Both the position numbers and the translations under genes were made by a program. From Gammaproteobacteria bacterium (GTDB taxonomy: Bacteria; Pseudomonadota; Gammaproteobacteria; UBA4575): a DNA stretch of 64,000 bases. This document shows, piece after piece, positions 29,596-40,606 of the stretch. The stretch is taken from the NCBI GenBank assembly GCA_965247265.1, contig OZ252002.1, forward strand, positions 483,280 through 547,279, given 5' to 3'. A model generated the notes under the pieces. It was given only the letters and a program-made list of their open reading frames with translations. It did no database searches and had not been told where the DNA came from. Positions within the stretch are counted from its first letter, which is position 1, and each line of letters opens with the position of its first letter.

Positions 29596-30398
29596 CTAGT
29601 TTGCCACGGCAGGTTTTTCATTTTCACTTGATGCAAATTTGTTAATTGCATTTTGATCAATTAACCATTGTTCAAATTCTTCAGGTTCAACGGCACGAAC
29701 CACAACTGGCATAAAACCACGATCACGCCCACAAAGTTCAGCACATTGCCCACGATAAACTCCGGGCTTATCGATTCTGGTCCACATTTGATTGATGTAA
29801 CCCGGAATAGCATCTTTTTTAACTGCCAAGTCCGGCACCCACCAAGCATGTAGGACATCATTAGATGTTAATAGAATCCGCACCTTGCGATTTATTGGTA
29901 GAACTAACTCGTTATCTACTTCAAGCAAGTAATTTGAATTTTTTTCTGTTCGATTATAAATTTCTTCACGTGGTGTTTTAAGTGCGCTATAAAAATCCAA
30001 ATTATGATCGATATACTCATAGCGCCACATCCATTGATAGCCAGTAACTTTTACTGTTATGTCGGCTTTGAAGGTATTGCAATTGCGATTAAAATTACAA
30101 ACGGCACAACAGTCCATAAAAATTCTAATAAAACGCTTTCATGAAATTGTGCGGGCTTATGGCCTTTAGATTTCCTATGGTAAATAATGGCGTAAAGCAT
30201 TACTGCAAATACAACTACACCAATCGCACAACAAATATAAAATATAAGCATGTGCAAATTAAATACGCTATTACTAATACCCGTAACACCTTTAGGCATA
30301 TTGTATGGCTGAAGTGCCCATACGGAATTAGAGAAAAGTAGCGCTAAAACGATTACTAAAAACTGATTAACAGCATGTAATTGTTTATTTTGTATCAT
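29596..30398 (-). pseudogene. coxB: Cytochrome c oxidase subunit II, deletion plus frameshift
   Basis: LEFLWTVVPF.IL..IAIPS joins out of frame to ADITVKVTGYQW near 30066; CuA motif reads CAELCGRDRGFM (His->Arg). Confidence 0.88.
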
Positions 30399-30441
30399 TA
30401 ACTTGTCCTTAAACTAAGTGCGCTTAAATTTTTTAAAATGT

Positions 30442-30909
30442 TTATTCTAAAACTGCAACAATTGTATTTGCCAAACTTTCGCGCTCTTTATTAGTTAGGC
30501 ATTTACCAACTTCTATTGTTTCCCCTTTTGAAGTAAACAGTAATCGGCTAGGATAACCATGTATTGCAGATTTTTTTAGCTCTACATTTAACCATGCGCG
30601 ATCAAATTTCCATCTTACTTTTGGTTTACTTCTGCCAGACTCAATAAGCACCTTCACTCTATCAATTGTAATTACTTCTCTCTCGCGACAATGTAATTTA
30701 CATAAGTACAATCCAGTTGCTAGCGCTAATATTTCAAACCCAGCAAATGGTAATATTAACCACATACCCTGCATCGCAAAGATAACTGCAATACCTAGTG
30801 TGAGCACTGCTGTCACAAGGATAAATTGCTTATTCCCACCCCATGAAAGTGATTGATTACGCTCTACAATAAATTGTGTGGGTAAAGGAATTTCATTGGA
30901 AATAGCCAA
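30442..30909 (-). CDS. DUF2244-family membrane protein
   Basis: NQSL, G.WLILPFAG.E, EVG..L...ER..LA; typical neighbour of coxB. Confidence 0.8.
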   Translation of the reverse strand: MAISNEIPLPTQFIVERNQSLSWGGNKQFILVTAVLTLGIAVIFAMQGMWLILPFAGFEILALATGLYLCKLHCREREVITIDRVKVLIESGRSKPKVRWKFDRAWLNVELKKSAIHGYPSRLLFTSKGETIEVGKCLTNKERESLANTIVAVLE

Positions 30910-31065
30910 TACTAGGTCCTTACATTAACCGCCCGACATTAAGCAATAAATAAAGGTCAAATTATATCTCTCAATATGTAAAATTTCACACACCCTCAGT
31001 CAGCCAATAGGGATACATGTGTAATACCAATCAATTTCATTTTATATTTATATTAGCAGTAATTA

Positions 31066-31950
31066 TTATCCCCTCTGTTTAATTATATTCGCGACGGGAA
31101 CCCTCACTTCATGGGAATCCACATTTTCTCTACTTTCGCCAGAATTTCGTGCATAGCCATAAATTACTTCATAACTAGCAGGGAGCATCCCGCCATCCGA
31201 GCGTAATTTTTCATAGGTTTTAAATAGTTGTTTAAATTTTTCCTTTCCCATTAATCCATAAGATGTATTAGAAAATTGTGCATCAAATTTACTTCTACTC
31301 CCTGTATCTTTAAGGTCTTGCAACAACTGACGCAAATCTTGGTACTCGATTGTAATAACCTCCATATCGACAACAGGATCTTTAAACTTATTAGCTAGTA
31401 GCATGTCGCCAATATGATGCATATCCAAAAACTCATGCACATGCTCAAAATCATCAATTTGTGCCCAGCAATTACGCAATTCAATCAACGTGTCTGGTCC
31501 AAATGATGAAAAAATAATTATGCCATCTGTACAAAGTACTCTATTGCATTCAGATAAAACCTGATTTAAGTCAGCACACCATTGAAACGTTGATGTTGAG
31601 AATATTAAGTCGATAGAACTATCTGCAAAAGGCAGTCGTTGCGCATCACCACAAACGAATTTGCACTTTTGATTTATTGAAAAATTTTTAACACACATAT
31701 TTAACATGGGTAAAGCGAGATCATTGGCAACAATTACACTATTTGGAAATCTAGATTGCAGGCCGATAACGCTTCTTCCTGTGCCTGTACCAATATCCAA
31801 TATTGAATTAGGATGAATGTTTAACATATCAGCGCGTTCGAGGGTTCGATCACAGATTGTATGCTGGACTGCTGCTGCTGCATCATAGCTGTTCGCAGCA
31901 TGAGAAAAGTCTGCGCGCAATCGTTGCATATTAATTTTCGAGTTATCCAT
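31066..31950 (-). CDS. bioC: Malonyl-ACP O-methyltransferase
   Basis: FS.AA.SYD.AA.VQ, LDIGTGTG, FGPDTL.ELR..W, F.DMH.IGD, YEVIYG. Confidence 0.93.
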   Translation of the reverse strand: MDNSKINMQRLRADFSHAANSYDAAAAVQHTICDRTLERADMLNIHPNSILDIGTGTGRSVIGLQSRFPNSVIVANDLALPMLNMCVKNFSINQKCKFVCGDAQRLPFADSSIDLIFSTSTFQWCADLNQVLSECNRVLCTDGIIIFSSFGPDTLIELRNCWAQIDDFEHVHEFLDMHHIGDMLLANKFKDPVVDMEVITIEYQDLRQLLQDLKDTGSRSKFDAQFSNTSYGLMGKEKFKQLFKTYEKLRSDGGMLPASYEVIYGYARNSGESRENVDSHEVRVPVANIIKQRG

Positions 31951-32718
31951 TCAAAACGAAGCTCTCTCAACAATATGTTTTAAAAATTTCTTCGGATGCG
32001 AAATAAATGGGACATGCCCTGCATCCGTAAATTTTTCCAAATGTGCTTGTTTCCATATTTTTGTAGTTTGCTCAGCTGCACGAATGGATAGGACTTGGTC
32101 ATTTTCACCGTGCAGCAGATCAATAAATACTTCTTGAAGGGTTTTTTCTTCACGCATATCAACATCATGCAACCACTGCAGCCCCCATTTGATACTATTT
32201 ATATATTGATCTTGATCGGACATGGATTCAGTTAACAAAGATAGCGCTTCCCTAGAGTTTTCTGAATTGAGAATTTGGAGAGTGCTAAATATTTTTAACG
32301 TCTGAACGGGAGCTCGTTCAAATTGATTGTAAAAATTTAAAAAAGTACTTTCATTCATTCCGTGTGGCCATTGTTCGCTAATTGTAAATCTAGGCACACT
32401 AGCAATTAACATTAACTTTTTTACACGTTGAGGGTAGCTTGCTGTATAGAGTTGCGCCGCTAAGCCACCCAATGACCAACCAATTATTGAACATGTGCTT
32501 GGTAAGGATTGAGCGAGTAACTCCACGCCTTGCTCTATACTCCCATCCCATTTTATGGTGTGGCTATCTCCGTGCCCAGGCAGATCAACACACCAAAGTC
32601 GAAAATTTTGGCTCAATTCATGAATGCAGTTTTGCCAAATTTTCGAACTGGAGCCCCATCCATGCAACAATGCCAGTTCAGGACCTTTCCCAAATTTTAT
32701 GATATTTAATTTTTGCAC
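31951..32718 (-). CDS. bioH: Pimeloyl-ACP methyl ester carboxylesterase
   Basis: LLHGWG, VDLPGHG, GWSLGG, GHVPFISHP; directly upstream of bioC; GTG start. Confidence 0.88.
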   Translation of the reverse strand: MQKLNIIKFGKGPELALLHGWGSSSKIWQNCIHELSQNFRLWCVDLPGHGDSHTIKWDGSIEQGVELLAQSLPSTCSIIGWSLGGLAAQLYTASYPQRVKKLMLIASVPRFTISEQWPHGMNESTFLNFYNQFERAPVQTLKIFSTLQILNSENSREALSLLTESMSDQDQYINSIKWGLQWLHDVDMREEKTLQEVFIDLLHGENDQVLSIRAAEQTTKIWKQAHLEKFTDAGHVPFISHPKKFLKHIVERASF

Positions 32719-32725
32719 CTAGCGT

Positions 32726-33325
32726 ATGAATTTTATTGTAATTCAAATATTTCTTGTCGTTATCGCCTATTTACTTGGTTCCATTAATAGCGCAATTATT
32801 GTTAGTTATGCAATGAACTTACCAGACCCTCGTACGTCAGGTTCCGGTAATCCAGGCGCTACAAATGTGTTACGCACAGGAAATAAAATTGCTGCAGCAA
32901 TAACACTATTAGGCGACTTATTAAAGGGCCTCATCCCTGTGTTTGCCACAAACTACTTGATCGGTAACGAACCTATTATTGCAATGGTAGGCCTGGCCGC
33001 GCTATTGGGCCACATGTTTCCTATTTATTATAGATTTCAGGGTGGTAAAGGTGTTGCAACAACATTGGGTGTGCTGATGGCGTTAGACTGGGTGCTAGGT
33101 CTAATTTGGGTCGCTTTTTGGTTAAGTACGTCTTTATTGTTTAGATATTCTTCGCTTGCAGCGTTAGTTGCGACGACGTTTATTCTCATACTCTCGTGGT
33201 ATTGGTCTTTCAGTTTTTGGATTGTGGGCATGCTTGCAATTATCACTGCATTAATTTTTTGGAGACATAGCTGTAATATTAAAAATTTAATTATTGGAAA
33301 TGAAGGAAAATTAGGTAAAAAGTAA
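32726..33325 (+). CDS. plsY: Glycerol-3-phosphate acyltransferase
   Basis: GSGNPGATNVLR, GH.FP....F.GGKGVAT. Confidence 0.97.
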   Translation: MNFIVIQIFLVVIAYLLGSINSAIIVSYAMNLPDPRTSGSGNPGATNVLRTGNKIAAAITLLGDLLKGLIPVFATNYLIGNEPIIAMVGLAALLGHMFPIYYRFQGGKGVATTLGVLMALDWVLGLIWVAFWLSTSLLFRYSSLAALVATTFILILSWYWSFSFWIVGMLAIITALIFWRHSCNIKNLIIGNEGKLGKK

Positions 33326-33329
33326 AACT

Positions 33330-34340
33330 CTATATTTTTTCTAAAGACCAGCGTGGCTGCACACGGATCTGTGTTGATTCAGTATATCCATTTTTAAATC
33401 GCAACATTCCTAGTTGCGCTACCATTGCAGCATTGTCAGTGCATAATTCTGGTTTTGGATAAATAACATCTACATTTATCGTTTCAAGTTTTTGTTTTAA
33501 CTGTGTGCGTAATTTTTGATTTGCGCCAACTCCGCCGGCAACAATTAATGACTTTGCGCTAGTGGCTTTTATGGCTCTAATTGATTTAATTATGAGTGTA
33601 TCAACAGCTGCATCTTCAAAAGCTAAAGCTATATCTGCACGGACTTGATCATCAATATGATCTAAACTTTTAAGCGTATTTAAAACATGGGTTTTTAAAC
33701 CGCTAAAACTAAAATCTAGCTCTGGTCGATTTATCATGGGACGAGGAAAATTAAATCGTTCCGAATTTCCACGCCGTGCCCATTTTGCAATTTGCGGGCC
33801 GCCTGGATATGGGAGTCCTAACATTTGAGCAATTTTATCAAAGGCTTCGCCTACCGCATCATCGATGCTCTCACCAAGAATTTTGTATCGTCCTATGCCG
33901 CTGACATTAACTAATAAGGTATGGCCACCCGACACAAGTAATGCAATATAGGGATAACCAGGCGTAACGTCTTCAAGTAAAGGTGCTAATAAATGCGCCT
34001 CCATATGATGAACAGCAATCGCGGGCTTCTTCAACGCCCAGCCCATACTTCTTGCCACACTCGCCCCAACCAATAGTGCACCCATTAAGCCGGGGCCGGC
34101 AGTATATGCAAGTGCATCAATATCTTGTTTTAGGGATAAATTTGCAGTTGCTATCGACGACAGAATGAGAGGCCCTAATTTACGTATATGATCTCTGGAT
34201 GCCAACTCAGGGACGACACCTCCATATTCATTATGCAGCTCAGTTTGTGAATATATATGGTTTGCGAGCAACCCTTCATTTTCACAAATTATGGCTACAG
34301 CAGTTTCATCACAAGACGTCTCAATACCTAATACTCGCAT
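33330..34340 (-). CDS. tsaD: tRNA t6A synthase
   Basis: [40 protein letters not shown]. Confidence 0.98.
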   Translation of the reverse strand: MRVLGIETSCDETAVAIICENEGLLANHIYSQTELHNEYGGVVPELASRDHIRKLGPLILSSIATANLSLKQDIDALAYTAGPGLMGALLVGASVARSMGWALKKPAIAVHHMEAHLLAPLLEDVTPGYPYIALLVSGGHTLLVNVSGIGRYKILGESIDDAVGEAFDKIAQMLGLPYPGGPQIAKWARRGNSERFNFPRPMINRPELDFSFSGLKTHVLNTLKSLDHIDDQVRADIALAFEDAAVDTLIIKSIRAIKATSAKSLIVAGGVGANQKLRTQLKQKLETINVDVIYPKPELCTDNAAMVAQLGMLRFKNGYTESTQIRVQPRWSLEKI

Positions 34341-34435
34341 TTACACATTATCTCGTTAATTTTGAGTGTTAGAAGCATAAGTATTTGCCTATTTTCAAGA
34401 TTTTGCCCTTTTCTACGAATATTTTGACTAAATAT

Positions 34436-34463
34436 TTGAATTATGATGGCCGGTCGGTATAAT
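34436..34463 (+). promoter_or_regulatory. sigma70 promoter of rpsU
   Basis: TTGAAT-16-TATAAT followed by GC-rich discriminator CGCGGC. Confidence 0.65.
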
Positions 34464-34513
34464 CGCGGCTCTTTTTTGTTTGATAACTATACTTAAGTAA
34501 CTGATTAAAACTT

Positions 34514-34729
34514 ATGCCCGGTGTACGTGTAAAAGAAAATGAGCCCTTTGATTTCGCTTTGAGACGATTTCGTCGCTCTTGCGAAAAAGCAGGCACAATT
34601 ACAGAAGTACGTCGCCGTGAGTTTTATGAAAAACCTACCGAAGTTCGCAAGCGTAAGGCAGCTGCCGCTATAAAACGTAATCTAAAACGTGTCTCACGTA
34701 CCAGTTTGCGCCGCCGTCGCTTGTACTAA
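34514..34729 (+). CDS. rpsU: 30S ribosomal protein S21
   Basis: ENEPFD.ALRRF.RSCEKAG...[10 protein letters not shown]. Confidence 0.99.
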   Translation: MPGVRVKENEPFDFALRRFRRSCEKAGTITEVRRREFYEKPTEVRKRKAAAAIKRNLKRVSRTSLRRRRLY

Positions 34730-34752
34730 ATTACTACTTTTTGCACCTTCTG

Positions 34753-35202
34753 GTGTCTGACCTCAAATCAAAACTGACCGAAGACATGAAGTCAACAATG
34801 CGCAGTGGTGAAAAATCACGCCTGCAAACTATTAGATTAATACTCGCTGCAATTAAGCAACAAGAAGTTGATACACGTAAAGAGCTTACAGATCAGGATG
34901 TAATCACTGTGTTAACTAAAATGCAAAAGCAGCGTCGCGAATCTATTTCTCAATTTGAAAAAGCAAACCGAAAAGATTTGGTTGATAAAGAAACCTCAGA
35001 GCTTAAATTAATAAAGGAATATTTGCCTGAAGTAATGAGTGAAAAGGAAATAGATAAAATAATATTGCAGGCTCTATCTGAATCTGGAGCGACAAGCATA
35101 AAAGATATGGGTAAAGTGATGGGAATATTAAAACCTAAACTTTCTGGGCGTGCAGACATGGGTGAAGTAAGCACAAAAATAAAGGCTACGCTAAATTCTT
35201 AG
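34753..35202 (+). CDS. GatB/YqeY domain protein
   Basis: KQRRESI.QF..A.R.DL, YLP, KDMGKVMG; GTG start at 34753 inferred. Confidence 0.92.
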   Translation: MSDLKSKLTEDMKSTMRSGEKSRLQTIRLILAAIKQQEVDTRKELTDQDVITVLTKMQKQRRESISQFEKANRKDLVDKETSELKLIKEYLPEVMSEKEIDKIILQALSESGATSIKDMGKVMGILKPKLSGRADMGEVSTKIKATLNS

Positions 35203-35243
35203 TGCAGTAAATCACTCCGGATAATCTAATACAGCTGATTATT

Positions 35244-36305
35244 ATGCAGGACTTAAAAAACGACCTATTTTTACGCGCGCTTTTAAGACAGCCTGTTGAT
35301 CGCACGCCACTGTGGATAATGCGCCAAGCAGGCCGTTACTTACCTGAGTATCGAGCGACTAGAAAGCGTGCTGGTAACTTTTTAAATCTTTGCAAGTCTC
35401 CTGAACTGGCTTGTGAAGTTACATTGCAACCCATTGATCGCTATGAACTCGATGCAGCAATTTTATTTTCGGACATTTTAACCATTCCGGATGCGCTAGG
35501 TTTAGGGTTGCAGTTTAGTGAGGGCGAGGGGCCGAGCTTTACAAATCCCATCTCTAATATGGCCGATGTAAACCGCATTGCAAAATTAGATCCCATTAGC
35601 GACCTTGGATATGTATTCGATGCAGTCAAGCTAATAAAAAGCGAATTAAATGGACGCGTCCCATTAATTGGATTTTCTGGTAGCCCATGGACACTTGCTA
35701 CTTATATGATTGAAGGCAAAACAAGTCGTGAGTTTAGAAAAATTAAAACCTTGTTATACAAAGAGCCTGAAACGCTATTACGTCTACTTGAGGTGCTAAG
35801 TGATTCTGTCTCGACATATCTATCGGCACAAATTTCAGCCGGCGCACAAGCAGTAATGATATTTGATACATGGGGAGGCGTTTTATCGCGCGAGGCTTAT
35901 ACAAAATTCTCTTTGTCGCCCATGAAAGCTATTGTAGAAAAACTGCTGCAGAGTATCTCGGACAGTCAAGTACCCATTATTTTATTTACAAAAGGCGGTG
36001 GTAATTGGTTACCTGAAATAGCTGCAACAGGATGTCACGCAGTAGGTTTAGATTGGACTTCTGATATTGATCAAGCGCGGTCTTTAGTAGGTGGGAAGGT
36101 TGCACTACAAGGTAATCTTGATCCGATAATTCTGTATGCATCCGATGATGTTATATATAACGAAGTAAAGAAAGTGTTAGACAAATATGGAAAAGGCAGT
36201 GGACATATCTTTAATTTAGGGCATGGTATTCAACAATTTGTTGACCCAGGAAAAGTCTCTGTATTAGTAAATGCAGTCAGAGAACTGAGCCCAGCTTACC
36301 ATTAG
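35244..36305 (+). CDS. hemE: Uroporphyrinogen decarboxylase
   Basis: [33 protein letters not shown]. Confidence 0.98.
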   Translation: MQDLKNDLFLRALLRQPVDRTPLWIMRQAGRYLPEYRATRKRAGNFLNLCKSPELACEVTLQPIDRYELDAAILFSDILTIPDALGLGLQFSEGEGPSFTNPISNMADVNRIAKLDPISDLGYVFDAVKLIKSELNGRVPLIGFSGSPWTLATYMIEGKTSREFRKIKTLLYKEPETLLRLLEVLSDSVSTYLSAQISAGAQAVMIFDTWGGVLSREAYTKFSLSPMKAIVEKLLQSISDSQVPIILFTKGGGNWLPEIAATGCHAVGLDWTSDIDQARSLVGGKVALQGNLDPIILYASDDVIYNEVKKVLDKYGKGSGHIFNLGHGIQQFVDPGKVSVLVNAVRELSPAYH

Positions 36306-36897
36306 ATTGATTGATAGACCTTTTCAAGGATTTATAACTTATTTTTCGCATACTTTTATTTCTACTTCTGCTTTTTGGATTTTGAAATTGTTGACGTAAA
36401 TTAAAAACAATTACTTCAATTTCACATGCTTCAAAATTAAATTTCAGTGTCGGTATATAAGCTGTTTCACCATTAATAATAAGCCTACATTCATCCATTG
36501 CTGGATTAAATTCTTGCTGCTGTAAAACGTCTATGATTGACTCTAGCATGTCGCTGGAGATGTGAATTGTAATGGGTGAAGTTTGATTTGCTGTCCCTTC
36601 TAACACAGGTCCAACTAAATATGGCGAATACTGTTCAAGCCATTGCATTACTATAAGCGCAACACTACGCAATTCTGTTAATAACAAATCATGATTTAAT
36701 GTATAGGTATTGTGGTAGGAAAAAATTGCGCGCTCTATTTCTATATTGCTCGGTAATGAACCATAATAAGAATTTCCTAAACGCTCCGAAGCTTTTCGCT
36801 TAGCAGTTTTATAGTCTCTTACGCCTTCAGTAGCTATGATCTTGGCAGCCTCTAGTGCCAATCTGTCACGAAGCCGATCATGTATTTGTAGAACCAT
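36277..36897 (-). CDS. Conserved hypothetical protein, nucleotidyltransferase-like fold
   Basis: EAA.II..EG..DY..AKRKA..RLG, LPSN.EIE, LVGPVL.GTA. Confidence 0.7.
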   Translation of the reverse strand: MVLQIHDRLRDRLALEAAKIIATEGVRDYKTAKRKASERLGNSYYGSLPSNIEIERAIFSYHNTYTLNHDLLLTELRSVALIVMQWLEQYSPYLVGPVLEGTANQTSPITIHISSDMLESIIDVLQQQEFNPAMDECRLIINGETAYIPTLKFNFEACEIEVIVFNLRQQFQNPKSRSRNKSMRKISYKSLKRSINQSNGKLGSVL

Positions 36898-36900
36898 AAT

Positions 36901-39360
36901 TTAAAAGAGCTGTTCTGGTACTTCGATCTCGTTACTGCCTTCGACATCATACGGCGAAATCGGTTGCGTTTTAATTTCAGCGCTTTGTTGGGGTATATAT
37001 TCTTCTCTAAAGGTTTCCTCAATACCGTAATTGCTATCTTGATCTACTAGTAACCCTGAATCTGGGTCAATACGCAACGTCACAATTCCCTCGGGTTGGT
37101 CCAGTGTATGATTTGGCTTACCCTTAAGCGCATGCCTCATAAAATCTATCCATATAGGTAGCGCTGCAACACCTCCCACCTCCCTGCGACCTAGAGGCTT
37201 GTGCTGATCAAACCCAACCCAAGCTGTTGCGACAATATCGCTGTTGAAACCACTAAACCATGCGTCGTGTTGGTCATTGGTCGTGCCGGTCTTGCCTGCT
37301 AAATCGTTGCGGCCTAGTTCACGTGCCTTTCTACCTGTACCTCTTTGAATTACATCTTTCATCATACTTGTCATTTGGTATGCATTTTCTTTTGAAATTA
37401 TTTGTTTTGCGATGTAGATATCAGGCCTGAGTGCTTCATCTTCATTCATTACCTCAAGACTATCTATTTGCATTTGCTTTTGTAGAGCTTGGCAATCTTG
37501 CTCACATACCATGTCTGGGTTGGAGTTATATATAGCCTCGCCATGAGCATTTTCAATTCTCTCTATCAAGAATGGATTAATACTAAATCCACCGTTTGCA
37601 AAAATTGCATAGCCACGTACTAACTCTAAAGGTGTAACCACACCTGATCCCAGTGCCAAGGTTAAGTCGTAAGGTAGTTTTTCTTTATCAAACCCAAATT
37701 TCTTGATGTGTTCTAAGGCATGTCTTCGTCCAATATCTTTTAACAATCTAATTGAAACCATATTACGTGATTTAAATAGTGCTACACGTAATCGAATTGG
37801 ACCTGAAAATTTACCACCATAGTTTTTTGGGCGCCACGTATCTTCTAATGAAGCATCTTCAAACACTACTGGTGCATCATTTACAATACTTGCAGGCGTA
37901 TATCCAATATCCAACGCAGCAGAATAAATGAAAGGTTTGAAACTTGAACCAGGTTGACGTTTGGCTTGGATTACACGGTTGAATTTACTATAGTTATAAT
38001 TAAAGCCGCCTTGCAAAGCCAAAATACTACCGTTATTAGGATCAATCGCTATAAATGCACCAGAAACTTTTGGTATTTGACTTAAAGACCAGGTTTCAGA
38101 TTCAGTTTCTATAACACGAACAACATCACCAAACGTAAATAGTTTAGTAAAGTCTTTAGGCACATCACCAATAACATTTTCATTCACGTAGGGTCTCGCC
38201 CATTTAATATGGTCAATTGCTAAACTCGTGCTTTGTTGCACTCCCATATAAATTTCAAGTTTATCTTGCTCTACTCCCGTAACAATTGCAGGCCTTAATC
38301 CACTTGTTTCACGAATTCCGCTTAACACTTTATCTAAATATTCATAATCAATTTCACCTAACTCTGTTAGCGCAACGTCGATACGAGATTCCGGGCCTCG
38401 ATAGCCATGTCTTTTGTCATATGCAAGCAGGCCTTTTGCTACTGCTTGTTTTGCGTGCAATTGTAAATTTGAATCAATTGTTGTAAATACTCGATAGCCT
38501 CTGTTATAGGCCTCGGTACCATAGGTATCAATCATATAGGCTCTTGCCATTTCGCCTATATACGGTGCATCCACTTCTACTCGAGGGTAATGACGCGAGG
38601 CTGTTACCGGCTCATCAATAAAAAGTTGGTAAGTTTCTTCATCTATAAATCGTAACTCGTGCATTCGGCTTAAAACGTAATCACGGCGTAAAAGTGCGCG
38701 CTCAGGATTTGCGACAGGATTGTATGCAGAAGGTGCCTTAGGTAATCCTGCTATCATGGCAATTTGTGCTAGGTTTAATTCCGAGACATTAAGTCCGTAA
38801 TACACGTCTGCTGCGGCGCCAATTCCGTAAGCACGATTTCCTAAATAAATTTTATTTAAGTAAAGTTCAAGAATTTCATTTTTACTAAAAATATGTTCAA
38901 TTCTTAATGCTAAAAATATTTCTCTGAGCTTGCGTACATAGGTGCGTTCATTTCCTAAAAAGAAATTTCTTGCGAGCTGCATAGTAATGGTGCTACCGCC
39001 TTGGCGTTTTTCGCCTGTAGCAAGTAATTCGATGGCGGCTCGAATTAGACCTTGATAATCAACACCAGGATGCTTAAAAAATCGGTCGTCCTCAGCCGAA
39101 AGGAAAGCTTGTATAAAGGGCTCAGGGACATTATCAATGCTAAGTGGTTGGCGGCGTTTTTCCCCATACACAGAGATAAGCTTACTGTTACGACTATACA
39201 CCTTGAGAGGTACCTGTAATTCAACATCTTTTAAGGTGTCGACGTTGGGCAAACCAAGGGCAAAATAGAGGTAAGTCCCCAGTGCAATGATTCCTACAAC
39301 GACAGACATCCCGAAAAATCCGATGAAGGCTAGGCGAATTAGCTTTAAAAACAAGGGCAT
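36901..39360 (-). CDS. mrcA: Penicillin-binding protein 1A
   Basis: AEDDRF, GGSTITMQLARN, SSFK, KTGT; divergent from pilM. Confidence 0.97.
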   Translation of the reverse strand: MPLFLKLIRLAFIGFFGMSVVVGIIALGTYLYFALGLPNVDTLKDVELQVPLKVYSRNSKLISVYGEKRRQPLSIDNVPEPFIQAFLSAEDDRFFKHPGVDYQGLIRAAIELLATGEKRQGGSTITMQLARNFFLGNERTYVRKLREIFLALRIEHIFSKNEILELYLNKIYLGNRAYGIGAAADVYYGLNVSELNLAQIAMIAGLPKAPSAYNPVANPERALLRRDYVLSRMHELRFIDEETYQLFIDEPVTASRHYPRVEVDAPYIGEMARAYMIDTYGTEAYNRGYRVFTTIDSNLQLHAKQAVAKGLLAYDKRHGYRGPESRIDVALTELGEIDYEYLDKVLSGIRETSGLRPAIVTGVEQDKLEIYMGVQQSTSLAIDHIKWARPYVNENVIGDVPKDFTKLFTFGDVVRVIETESETWSLSQIPKVSGAFIAIDPNNGSILALQGGFNYNYSKFNRVIQAKRQPGSSFKPFIYSAALDIGYTPASIVNDAPVVFEDASLEDTWRPKNYGGKFSGPIRLRVALFKSRNMVSIRLLKDIGRRHALEHIKKFGFDKEKLPYDLTLALGSGVVTPLELVRGYAIFANGGFSINPFLIERIENAHGEAIYNSNPDMVCEQDCQALQKQMQIDSLEVMNEDEALRPDIYIAKQIISKENAYQMTSMMKDVIQRGTGRKARELGRNDLAGKTGTTNDQHDAWFSGFNSDIVATAWVGFDQHKPLGRREVGGVAALPIWIDFMRHALKGKPNHTLDQPEGIVTLRIDPDSGLLVDQDSNYGIEETFREEYIPQQSAEIKTQPISPYDVEGSNEIEVPEQLF

Positions 39361-39543
39361 AAGCTTACAATTAACGTTGCTGTAGTAAGTTACCAGAAGG
39401 ACCTGATATCAAAACCTAATTTAGATGGCACAGCAAGTATTTTGCTTAACCTTCCAATTGATATAGAGTTACTAACGCTTCTTAACATATATATATAATA
39501 TCTATCTATAACTAACGCAAATTCAGTATATTAACCGCTACAA

Positions 39544-40605
39544 ATGTTGCTATTTAATAAAAATAAAGGCCCTGTTATTGGGTTAGATATTAGCTCATCC
39601 TCTGTTAAAGCTATGGAGTTTTCGCAGACAGGAAATGGTTATCGAGTCGATCATTATGGTGTTGAGCCCCTTCCACCCAATGCAGTTACTGAAAAAGTCA
39701 TATCGGATGTTGATGCTGTGGGTGAAAGCATTAGACAAGTGATTAAGAAATCAGGTTCCAAAGCAAAAAATTGTTGCATGGCCGTTGCCGGTTCAGCTGT
39801 AATTACAAAAGTAATTAACATGCCTGCAAATCTAAGTGAAGAAGATTTAGAAGGCCAGATACAGCTGGAAGCTGATCAGTACATTCCCTATGCATTAGAA
39901 GAAGTTAATCTAGATTTTGATGTGCTTGGTCCGACACAGGACAACCCTGATACGTTAGATGTATTACTAGCTGCGTCACGAAGTGAAAATGTCGATATGC
40001 GGGGCGCAGCAGCTGATGCAGCGGGTTTAGTGCCCATAGTTATCGATGTGGAAGCTTATGCTATAGAAAATGTTTTCCCGTTAATTATTGATACCGTAAC
40101 CGAGCAAGGTCATGGTAAAACCGTTGCAGTACTTGATATTGGGGCTACGATGACAAGTCTTAACGTAATTCAAGATCACAAAATGGTGTATACACGTGAG
40201 CAACCATTCGGTGGTAAGCAGCTTACTGAAGAAATCATGCATCAATATGGGCTTACCTTTGAAGAAGCAGGGCTCGCCAAAAAAGAAGGTGGACTCCCTG
40301 AGAATTATGTTTCAGATTTATTAGAACCATTTAAAAATACAGCGGCTCAACAGGCCAATCGATTTTTACAATTTTATTACTCGGCAAGCCAACATGCTTC
40401 TGTAGATCATTTATTATTGGCAGGCGGATGTGCCGCAATTCCAGGTTTAGATGAAAAGATTGCAAAGGAAATAGGAATTACCACAACCATCGCAAACCCG
40501 TTTAATCAACTCACTATTGGTTCAAAAATAAACCCGCAAGCACTTGGCAATGATGCGCCATCCATGTTAATTGCCTGCGGTATTGCACTAAGGGCATTCG
40601 ATTAA
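39544..40605 (+). CDS. pilM: Type IV pilus assembly protein
   Basis: GLDISSSSVK, QYIPY.LEEV.LDF, FGG.QLT, ACG.ALR.F. Confidence 0.96.
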   Translation: MLLFNKNKGPVIGLDISSSSVKAMEFSQTGNGYRVDHYGVEPLPPNAVTEKVISDVDAVGESIRQVIKKSGSKAKNCCMAVAGSAVITKVINMPANLSEEDLEGQIQLEADQYIPYALEEVNLDFDVLGPTQDNPDTLDVLLAASRSENVDMRGAAADAAGLVPIVIDVEAYAIENVFPLIIDTVTEQGHGKTVAVLDIGATMTSLNVIQDHKMVYTREQPFGGKQLTEEIMHQYGLTFEEAGLAKKEGGLPENYVSDLLEPFKNTAAQQANRFLQFYYSASQHASVDHLLLAGGCAAIPGLDEKIAKEIGITTTIANPFNQLTIGSKINPQALGNDAPSMLIACGIALRAFD

Positions 40606-40606
40606 G

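Noticed and set aside
30977-30990. Imperfect palindrome TGTAAAATTTCACA upstream of DUF2244-coxB
   Set aside because: Cannot be assigned to a regulator and could arise by chance in AT-rich DNA
39426-39446. sigma54 promoter for pilM (TGGCAC...TTGC)
   Set aside because: Spacing between GG and GC is not the required 10 nt
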